From Promethearchaeia archaeon (lineage in GTDB: Archaea; Asgardarchaeota; Lokiarchaeia; Sigyniarchaeales; SOKP01): 15,220 nt of DNA. Below, one piece after another: positions 1-7,355 of this stretch. The stretch spans positions 1 through 15,220 of the forward strand of contig JAWOFX010000017.1 of NCBI GenBank assembly GCA_046497275.1. Reading direction: 5' to 3'. The notes under the pieces are model-generated. The model did no database searches and was not told the origin of the DNA. It was given only the letters and a program-made list of their open reading frames with translations. The position numbers and the translations under genes were made by a program. The stretch's first letter is position 1. Each line of letters starts with the position of its first letter.

Positions 1-25
1 CAAAAACACAGAAAAAATATCACAA

Positions 26-35
26 TTTTAATATA
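26..35 (+). promoter_or_regulatory. Putative archaeal TATA box for the aminotransferase (probably leaderless or short-leader mRNA)
   Basis: TTTTAATATA lies 32-23 nt upstream of the ATG at 58, preceded by an A-rich BRE-like tract. No SD motif before the ATG. The AT-rich background lowers specificity. Confidence 0.45.
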
Positions 36-57
36 TTTTCACGGTTATTCTTAATCT

Positions 58-1368
58 ATGGAAAAAGAGTCAAATAAAAAATACATTGGCACCTTATCCC
101 AAAAAGAATTATTAGACCTTTATGCAAAGTATGTAAACAAGCCAAAAGTTAAGATCTTCAAGCAATTTGGACTCAGTGTTATTCCGGGAGAACGCGAGGG
201 GATTCATTTGAAAACTTTGGACGGACCAAAAAAGGGACAACCTCCGATGGATATTATTAATTGTCGATCAAGTGGAGGCGTATTTAATCTGGGTCATCGA
301 CACCCTGAAATCGTAAAAACTTTAAAAGCTGCAATTGATGGTGGTCTTGATCTTGGAGATCATATGCTCTTATCAGAACAGAGAGCATTATTAGGAAAAA
401 AACTTGCGGGCTTATTTCCTGGGGATTTAACTAAAACTACGTTTGGTGTAAGTGGAGGTGAAGCAATTGATACAGCCATCAAATTTTCACGTGCCTATAC
501 AAAACGAAAAGGATGTGTTTCAGCAATTGGAGGTTATCATGGGCATACTGGATTTGCATTATTAACGGGAGATCCAGATTTTAAGGATCCATTCTTATGG
601 AATTTTCCTGAATTCAAGCAAGTCCCTTTTGGGGATCTAAAGGCGATGGAGAAGGTTGTAACAGAAGAAGTAGCTTGTGTAATATTAGAAGGAATTCCAG
701 CCACTGGAGGTGTGTTAATAGCACCTGAAGGATATTTTCCCGGAGTTAGAGAATTATGTGATGAGAAAGGTGTAATGCTTATTCTGGATGAGGTTCAGTC
801 AGGTTTAGGTCGAACTGGAGAATTTTGGTCATTTGATGGGGGACTATATCCAAATGATAAGATAGTTCCGGATTTTGTAGTTTGCGGAAAGGGAATGAGT
901 TCTGGAATCTATCCTCTTTCTACATGCACATATAAATCTGAAATCGAAAAATCAATCTTCAAAGAAGATCCATTTATCCATATTTCTACTACGGGAGGAT
1001 CAGATATTGGATGTGCTGTAGCGTCCAAAATGTTAGATATTCAATCTGATCCTAAATTCTTAGCTCATGTAAAAGAAATGGGAGAGCTTTTTGGAAAGGG
1101 TCTGAAAGAAATTCAAGAGAGTCACTCTGATCTAATTAAAGAAGTAAGAGGACGAGGATTAATGTGGGGTATGGAATTCTTCGAAGAAATGGATGGGCAA
1201 TTAAATATGCTCCATTGTATTAATGAAGGTATACTTCTTAATTATTGTGGAAATAACAAAGCTACTGATATTATAATGCCTCCCTTAATAATTACTAAAG
1301 AGCAAATATTTACAGTGATAGAAAAAATAAGTAATGCTGTAGCAAGATTAAGTCAACTGAAAACATAA
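58..1368 (+). CDS. Class III (omega-type) PLP-dependent aminotransferase, putrescine/acetylornithine aminotransferase-like fold
   Basis: 436 aa. Motifs: FNLGH, SGGEAIDTAIKF, GYHG, LILDEVQSGLGRTG, and GKGMSSG with the PLP lysine K278 (889-891). Also HISTTGG, VRGRGLM and PPL near the C-terminus. Confidence 0.95.
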   Translation: MEKESNKKYIGTLSQKELLDLYAKYVNKPKVKIFKQFGLSVIPGEREGIHLKTLDGPKKGQPPMDIINCRSSGGVFNLGHRHPEIVKTLKAAIDGGLDLGDHMLLSEQRALLGKKLAGLFPGDLTKTTFGVSGGEAIDTAIKFSRAYTKRKGCVSAIGGYHGHTGFALLTGDPDFKDPFLWNFPEFKQVPFGDLKAMEKVVTEEVACVILEGIPATGGVLIAPEGYFPGVRELCDEKGVMLILDEVQSGLGRTGEFWSFDGGLYPNDKIVPDFVVCGKGMSSGIYPLSTCTYKSEIEKSIFKEDPFIHISTTGGSDIGCAVASKMLDIQSDPKFLAHVKEMGELFGKGLKEIQESHSDLIKEVRGRGLMWGMEFFEEMDGQLNMLHCINEGILLNYCGNNKATDIIMPPLIITKEQIFTVIEKISNAVARLSQLKT

Positions 1369-1376
1369 AAATTGCC

Positions 1377-1390
1377 TTTTTTTTTCTTTT
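1377..1390 (+). terminator. Oligo-T archaeal-type terminator
   Basis: TTTTTTTTTCTTTT begins 9 nt after the aminotransferase stop codon. Confidence 0.55.
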
Positions 1391-1472
1391 ACACTTAGTT
1401 TATAATTTTAATTATATAATATTTTAAAATGGCAACAAATATTATGAATGGATTTTAGTAAAAAAATAATCA

Positions 1473-1480
1473 TTTATAAT
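1473..1480 (+). promoter_or_regulatory. Putative TATA box for the acyl-CoA synthetase gene
   Basis: TTTATAAT lies 28-21 nt upstream of ATG 1501, with an A7 run just upstream at 1460-1466. Confidence 0.4.
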
Positions 1481-1500
1481 TATTTTGTCTTATAAGAACT

Positions 1501-2946
1501 ATGGACCTTGAAAAGCTTTTTCGTCCTAAAAGTATGGCAGTTGTGGGAGTATCAAAGAGCAATAATCTGTCCCCTGGTAGGATAATTTTATTAAAAAATG
1601 AGTTCGAGATGAATGTTGATGTATATGGAATCCATCCTACAGGTGGAACTGTAGAGGGAGTACAGATATATAAAAATTTAGATGAATTGCCTTTAACTCC
1701 AGATATATTAACTATTGCTGTAGGACCTGATGATACTATAGGTTATATTAAGCAATGTGCGGATTATGAGATTCCCGCAAGTATAATTATCGGGGGTGGA
1801 TTCGCTGAAGTAGGCGGTGAAGGGATAAAACGTCAAAAACAGCTGGAAAAAATAGCATTTGATAATGATATTGCGGTATTGGGACCAAACTGTATCGGTG
1901 TATATTCTCCTCCCTTGATAGATACGATATTTCTGCCAACAGAGCGAATTACGCAACCTCCAAAGGGTTCAGTAGCATTGATCAGCCAATCTGGGGGTTT
2001 TATGATAGATCAATTTTTTGTTAAATTTAGTGAAAGGCATGTTGGAGTCTCTACAGCGGTTTCAATAGGAAACCGAGCAGTTGTAGATGAAACTATGTTA
2101 TTAGAATACTTCAGTCAAGTTGATAAAGAAACTACAAATATTGCATTTTATCTCGAAGGTTTCAAAGAAGGAAGAGCGAGAGATTTTCTAAAAGCAGCTC
2201 AAAAATCTGATGATACAGTAATTACATTTTTTGGTGGTAAAACAAAAGAGGGGAAAGTAGCCACCCAATCCCATACAGCAAGTTTAGCTGGAGATTATAC
2301 AGTTCTTGAGTCAGCTTTACGACAACATCAAATAATAAATCCTCATTCCGAGCGAGAATTAATTACGTGTTTAAAAGTATATGATGTTCTAGCACATAGA
2401 CACAATCCTTTTGGAGACAACGTAGTTACATATGGCGATGTTATCATTGTGTCAGTTTCTGGAGGTCATGGCGTTTTAGCAGCAGATATGCTAAAGAATT
2501 ATGGGCTTAATGCTGTTAAACTTACTGAAAAAGAAAAAGTGGATCTTAAAGAACTAATGAATCCAGTCGCGAGAGAAATAGCTGCGTTTGAAAATCCGAT
2601 TGATTTAACTGGATCGGTTTTAGATAAAGATATAGAGAATTTCATACGTTATTTATCTGATATAGACCGGATTGAATGTATTATTTTGCTATTATTACCA
2701 TATCCACCGAATATATCATTTCAGATAGGTAGAAGAATCGCGAATATTGTAATGTCAAAGAATAAGCCAGTGGTTTGTTTTGTACCTTTTGTACCGAAAT
2801 ATGAGATGATTATTCAATCTCTTGAATTAGCTTACATACCAGTATTTCATAGTATTAAAGAAACAGTTCAAGCGGTGAGTGCTTTAAAACATCGGACTAG
2901 AATTTATAATGTTAAGAAAGATAATCTATTCTGGGAAGATAGATAA
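1501..2946 (+). CDS. Acyl-CoA synthetase (NDP-forming), alpha-subunit type: CoA-binding plus ligase domains, no ATP-grasp domain
   Basis: 481 aa. Motifs: LFRPKSMAVVGVS, GGGFAE, VLGPNCIG, ISQSGG, AVSIGN, FYLEG, SHTASLAG with the phospho-His H258 (2272-2274), SGGHGVLAAD and NPIDLTG. Confidence 0.92.
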   Translation: MDLEKLFRPKSMAVVGVSKSNNLSPGRIILLKNEFEMNVDVYGIHPTGGTVEGVQIYKNLDELPLTPDILTIAVGPDDTIGYIKQCADYEIPASIIIGGGFAEVGGEGIKRQKQLEKIAFDNDIAVLGPNCIGVYSPPLIDTIFLPTERITQPPKGSVALISQSGGFMIDQFFVKFSERHVGVSTAVSIGNRAVVDETMLLEYFSQVDKETTNIAFYLEGFKEGRARDFLKAAQKSDDTVITFFGGKTKEGKVATQSHTASLAGDYTVLESALRQHQIINPHSERELITCLKVYDVLAHRHNPFGDNVVTYGDVIIVSVSGGHGVLAADMLKNYGLNAVKLTEKEKVDLKELMNPVAREIAAFENPIDLTGSVLDKDIENFIRYLSDIDRIECIILLLLPYPPNISFQIGRRIANIVMSKNKPVVCFVPFVPKYEMIIQSLELAYIPVFHSIKETVQAVSALKHRTRIYNVKKDNLFWEDR

Positions 2947-2994
2947 GATTTTTAGAGATCAAACTTATTAATTTGGATGTTCTCATTTGGGAAA

Positions 2995-3003
2995 TTTTTT
3001 TTT
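2995..3003 (+). terminator. Oligo-T terminator between convergent genes
   Basis: T9 run in the 66-nt gap between the convergent stop codons at 2946 and 3013. Confidence 0.45.
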
Positions 3004-3012
3004 AAGATCTAA

Positions 3013-3831
3013 TCAAACCACATCTATCAATCTATCCAATTTTACTATTGATTTTCTTACATAAGATTTATCAGTTATACTCAATTTTATCGCATCTGCT
3101 GGACATATATCCGCACATCTACCGCAGCCCCGGCATTCCTCAGTAATAATTATTTCGCCATTTTCTTCTTTTATAGCGTTCACAAAACAAATATCATCTA
3201 GACATTTTCCACAATGTATACATGTTTCATGGTTGACCTCAACTTGAACTCCTGGCATTTTTTTTATTTTCGATCCTATTTTTTTGTCGAGGATGGGGGT
3301 TATTCTCCATAAACAACAACACTCGCAGCAGTTGCATATACTCAAGAGTTTTTGCCCATCTTTCACTCCTAGCCATTGCTTATCCAGTAAATTTCTCCCA
3401 ATCATATGAACTAAACCAACGTCTCTACATTTTTTAATATGCTCTAATGCCTCTTCTTTAGTTACCAATTTTCCTAATTGAGGATTAATATCCAATACAC
3501 CTTCTCCCAAGAATAAGCATCCGAAGTCAATAGGATAATTTTGGCAATTCATACTTTTTCTACAGATACAAAAATTCATAATCCAATGATATTTAGCTTT
3601 CTCTATGAAATATTCAAGTATTTCCGAGGGAAGCACATAGCTTTCAGGTCCATCAACACTCTTATCTACTTCAACTACTCTATCTAAAGGAAGGTAGATA
3701 ATATCATCTTCATTAAAGAGTAAAATATCAAAAACTTTGGTTAATATCGGAATTCTTGTTAATTTTGCAATTTGTTTTATTTTTGGGAAAAGTTTCTTTA
3801 GAATATTAACAAACCATAGGGGTCTAGCCAT
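3013..3831 (-). CDS. Cys-rich 4Fe-4S binding protein: N-terminal CxCR/CNCCxCCC module plus C-terminal 2x[4Fe-4S] ferredoxin domain
   Basis: 272 aa with 19 Cys: CICRKSMNC...GCLFLG, ICNCCECCC, CIHCGKCLDDIC and CRGCGRCADICP. Confidence 0.9.
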   Translation of the reverse strand: MARPLWFVNILKKLFPKIKQIAKLTRIPILTKVFDILLFNEDDIIYLPLDRVVEVDKSVDGPESYVLPSEILEYFIEKAKYHWIMNFCICRKSMNCQNYPIDFGCLFLGEGVLDINPQLGKLVTKEEALEHIKKCRDVGLVHMIGRNLLDKQWLGVKDGQKLLSICNCCECCCLWRITPILDKKIGSKIKKMPGVQVEVNHETCIHCGKCLDDICFVNAIKEENGEIIITEECRGCGRCADICPADAIKLSITDKSYVRKSIVKLDRLIDVV

Positions 3832-3906
3832 AATAATTTTTTATATTTATTAGTTTTTAATCAATTATCATTATATCGAATTAGCTATTATTTTATTCTT
3901 TTGTTA

Positions 3907-3923
3907 TTTTGAATAATTCAAAA
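3907..3923. promoter_or_regulatory. Palindrome in the middle of a divergent promoter region (candidate operator)
   Basis: TTTTGAAT-A-ATTCAAAA is a perfect 8-bp inverted repeat. Its centre (3915) is 84 nt from start 3831 and 87 nt from start 4002. Confidence 0.35.
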
Positions 3924-4001
3924 ATGAAATAATTTAATTCTATAATTACTAATTATCCTATTAAGTATTAATAAATCAATTTTTAATAAGAATGAATATA
4001 A

Positions 4002-6062
4002 ATGAGTGAAAAAGCTAAATATTTAGATCTTACTCTTGATATTGAAACTCGTGTAAATGATCTTTTAAATAAACTTACTTTGGATGAGAAAATCAGACTG
4101 ATTCGTGGAAAAGATTTTTGGACTACTGAAGAAATTGAAGGTTTGATTCCTAAATTCGGTATGACTGATGGACCTTTGGGAGTAGCCCGCCATTCGAGTT
4201 CTAAAGTAAAATGCACTAGATTTCCCGCAACAATAGGATTAGCTGCGAGTTGGAATAAAAAATTAGCTTTCAAAATGGGGCAAGCTATGGGGAAGGAAAC
4301 AAAATTAGTCGGTCGACATCAGATTCTTGGACCTGGAGTAAATATTATCCGTTCTCCTTTATGTGGACGAAATTTTGAATATCTTAGTGAAGATCCTGTC
4401 CTTTGCTCTGATATAGCTGCTGAAATAGTGAAAGGAATTCAATCTGAAGGAACTGCAAGTTGTATTAAACATTATATTACAAATAATTCAGAAACGAAAA
4501 GAACGAAAATTAGTACCGAAGTAAGTGAAAGAGCGTTTTATGAGATATATATAAAAAATTATAAAAGAATAATTGAAAAATCTGATCCATGGGGATTAAT
4601 GGTTTGTTATAATAAAATTAATGGTACATATGGATGTGAAAATAAATATATTTTAAAAGATGTTTTAGTTGACCAGTTAGGCTTTACTGGACATACTGTT
4701 TCAGATTGGGGGGCTGCACAACGAGCATCGGGAACATCCGCCTGTATAAAAGCGGGTCTTAGTTTAGAAATGCCTGGAACGTATATTTTAAGTCGAGTTT
4801 ATAAGAAAAAGAAAGTTAAGCAAGCATTAGAAAAAGGTAAAATAACCGAAAGGGATATAGAATTTATAGTACGACCACTTTTGAGGACATTTATGAGGGT
4901 AAATTTATTTCAAGAGGAGGAAATAACTCCACCCGATAAATTAGATATGCCTGAACATCAAAAACTAGCCCAAATGATAGCGGAAGAAGGAATGGTATTA
5001 TTAAAAAATGATAATAATTTTCTCCCCTTAAATCTTAAAAATGTTAATAAAATAGCCATTTTAGGGCCCAATGCATCTAAAAAATTTGGAAAACCATTCT
5101 ATGGTGGTAGTTCTGCAGTTGTACCCCCTTTTGAAATTACGCCTTATGAAGGTATAAAAGATTATATTTCGGATAAGGCTAAAATTGTCTCGGAACCTAA
5201 GGATGCAGACATAGTCTTTCTGGTGTTAGGTTTAGATCATGGTGCGAGTTTTTTGCTAAACTTCCTTTTAAATAAAGAAGGAGATACTGAAGGGACTGAT
5301 CGTTCTAGTTATAAATTACCAGAAGATCAACGTCATATAATATCTGAGACTTTAAAAGAAAACCCAAATACAATGGTAATTTTAGTCGCCGGAAGCCCCA
5401 TAGATGTCTCAGATTGGTATGATGATGTTCCAGCCATTTTGAATGCTTGGTACCCGGGAATGATGGGTGGTAAAGCACTTGCTCGAATACTTTTTGGCGA
5501 AATCTCTCCATCTGGGAAATTACCAATAACTTATCCTAAAAAATTAGAAGATCATCCTGCACATAAAAACAGACGTCGTTTTCCAGGTGATCTGAAAGAA
5601 TTAAAAATATATTATGAGGAAGGTATTTATGTGGGATACCGCTATTTTGATAAAGAAAAAATTCAACCCTTCTTTCCATTTGGATTCGGACTTTCCTATA
5701 CCAGTTTTGAAATATCAAATCTAGTTTTAGATAAAACCGAGATTCAAGGCGATGAGAAATTTACTATTACGCTTGAAGTTGAAAATATTGGAAAAAGAGA
5801 AGGGGCTGAAGTAGTTCAGATTTATGTTAGTGATGATGAATGTTCAGTAGATCGTCCCCCTAAAGAACTTCAGGCTTTTGAAAAAGTATACTTAGATCCT
5901 GGAGAAAAAAAGAAAATTTCCATTGAATTAGATAAACAAGCATTCGAATTTTATTCCGAAAAGAAACATAAATTTAAAGCAGAATCTGGTTCATTTACAA
6001 TCTGGGCGGGATCATCTTCACGAGATCTCCCCTTATCGAAAAAAATTAGTTTTAAAGAATAA
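4002..6062 (+). CDS. Glycoside hydrolase family 3 (beta-glucosidase/xylosidase-like) with C-terminal fibronectin III-like domain, probably cytoplasmic
   Basis: 686 aa. Motifs: DGPLG, GRNFEYLSEDP, KHY, YNKING, SDW with nucleophile D235, LEMPG, LLKN, GPNA, EGTDR, AWYPG, SGKLP, VGYRYFD, FGFGLSYT and EVVQIY. No hydrophobic N-terminal signal peptide. Confidence 0.95.
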   Translation: MSEKAKYLDLTLDIETRVNDLLNKLTLDEKIRLIRGKDFWTTEEIEGLIPKFGMTDGPLGVARHSSSKVKCTRFPATIGLAASWNKKLAFKMGQAMGKETKLVGRHQILGPGVNIIRSPLCGRNFEYLSEDPVLCSDIAAEIVKGIQSEGTASCIKHYITNNSETKRTKISTEVSERAFYEIYIKNYKRIIEKSDPWGLMVCYNKINGTYGCENKYILKDVLVDQLGFTGHTVSDWGAAQRASGTSACIKAGLSLEMPGTYILSRVYKKKKVKQALEKGKITERDIEFIVRPLLRTFMRVNLFQEEEITPPDKLDMPEHQKLAQMIAEEGMVLLKNDNNFLPLNLKNVNKIAILGPNASKKFGKPFYGGSSAVVPPFEITPYEGIKDYISDKAKIVSEPKDADIVFLVLGLDHGASFLLNFLLNKEGDTEGTDRSSYKLPEDQRHIISETLKENPNTMVILVAGSPIDVSDWYDDVPAILNAWYPGMMGGKALARILFGEISPSGKLPITYPKKLEDHPAHKNRRRFPGDLKELKIYYEEGIYVGYRYFDKEKIQPFFPFGFGLSYTSFEISNLVLDKTEIQGDEKFTITLEVENIGKREGAEVVQIYVSDDECSVDRPPKELQAFEKVYLDPGEKKKISIELDKQAFEFYSEKKHKFKAESGSFTIWAGSSSRDLPLSKKISFKE

Positions 6063-6122
6063 TTATATTCCTTGATAATAATGCGCTAAAAAATTATAAA
6101 ATTCAATTTTATTAACTTAATA

Positions 6123-6145
6123 TTTTTCTTTCTTTTGTCTTTTTT
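6123..6145 (+). terminator. T-rich terminator-like tract after the GH3 gene
   Basis: TTTTTCTTTCTTTTGTCTTTTTT lies about 60 nt downstream of stop 6062. Confidence 0.45.
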
Positions 6146-6224
6146 ATCTATTTTAGATAGTTTTATATTTGTCTTTCACTAAATACATAATATTCTAAAA
6201 CGCTCTCTATCTTGTAGATGCAAC

Positions 6225-7187
6225 ATGGAAATTGATATAGATCTTTTAAAAAGATTTGAAAAAAATATTAGTACTGTATCTCCCGAAAAAGGGATGATTC
6301 CAATAAAAATTCTTGGCTATGGGGAAATCTCTTTAGTTTTTGAAATACTAGATGATGTAAATAAGATAGCATATAAAAGAATTCCGATATTTGACAATAC
6401 AAGGCAAGTTAAAAGACATATATGGGCATATAATGAATATAATCGAATTCTAAAGAATTATGTAGGTTTAAATCTCCCAGATTATGATGCTGCGTGGTTT
6501 TTAGATGAGAATGATAAGATTCAATTTTATTGTGTTCAAGAGAAGATAAACCCTAAATCTGTAGGGAATAGGATTATACATCAAATCTCTAAACAGCAGA
6601 TAAAAACTCTTGTTTTATTAGCTTTGAGAGAAATGAAAAAAGTATGGACATACAGTAAAAATAATATAAAATTAGATTTGGGATTAGATGGACAAATTTC
6701 TAATTTTTCAGTAATGGATTATAATAAAAACAATCCAAATATAAACGAAAATACAAAATTACTCTACTTAGATACGAGTACTCCTATGTTCAAAGTAAAT
6801 GGTAAGGAAGCTATGGAAGCTATATTATTTTTAAAAAGTGCTCCCTCTTTCTTACGATGGCTATTAAAACTGGTCTTTTTAGAAGATACGGTAAATAGAT
6901 ATTACGATTGGAGGCGTGTGTCAATTGATCTCATTGCGAACTTTTTTAAGGAGCAAAGGCCTGATATGATTCTCCCATTAATAGATCTCTCCAACAAATT
7001 TTTCGAAGAAGAAGCCCCGGAGTTCAATATAGCCCCAATTGAATTATCGGAAGTACAAGATTATTACAAAAGTGATAGAGATATGTGGGTTATATTTCAG
7101 AAAGTTCGAAAATTAGATAGGTTTCTAAAAACTAAGATTTTTAATAAACAATATGAATTCTATTTACCCCCAGATATCCTGCGATAA
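6225..7187 (+). CDS. DUF6206-like protein with protein-kinase-like (PKL) fold motifs; putative kinase of unknown substrate
   Basis: 320 aa. Motifs: LGYGEIS Gly-loop (G31,G33), AYKR (K51), E71, YCVQE hinge-like, LDGQISNF (D155-x4-N160) and YLDTS (D183). The DUF6206 name is from recall of similar sequences, not from a search. Confidence 0.75.
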   Translation: MEIDIDLLKRFEKNISTVSPEKGMIPIKILGYGEISLVFEILDDVNKIAYKRIPIFDNTRQVKRHIWAYNEYNRILKNYVGLNLPDYDAAWFLDENDKIQFYCVQEKINPKSVGNRIIHQISKQQIKTLVLLALREMKKVWTYSKNNIKLDLGLDGQISNFSVMDYNKNNPNINENTKLLYLDTSTPMFKVNGKEAMEAILFLKSAPSFLRWLLKLVFLEDTVNRYYDWRRVSIDLIANFFKEQRPDMILPLIDLSNKFFEEEAPEFNIAPIELSEVQDYYKSDRDMWVIFQKVRKLDRFLKTKIFNKQYEFYLPPDILR

Positions 7188-7355
7188 TTAATTTTATATT
7201 AAACTAAGATTATTTAATTAATCTATAAATATAGATTTTAAAAGTAAGAGATAAGTAATTAATTGTAACTGAAATTAGATAGTTATTAAGAGAATATCCA
7301 TTATCTTTCTTAATAATGCTAATAATAATTGAAAATAATTATTTTTTATAGGAAT

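Noticed and set aside
1708-1956. 82-aa minus-strand ORF
   Set aside because: Antisense shadow inside the acyl-CoA synthetase gene, with no motifs.
3983-4273. 96-aa minus-strand ORF
   Set aside because: Antisense shadow of the GH3 5' end.
5305-5718. Two minus-strand ORFs (73 and 60 aa)
   Set aside because: Antisense shadows inside GH3, with no protein-like features.
7329-7355. TTG start extension of the dehydrogenase
   Set aside because: The extension is low-complexity AT-rich sequence. ATG 7356 gives a typical family N-terminus (MKPKIFLT).
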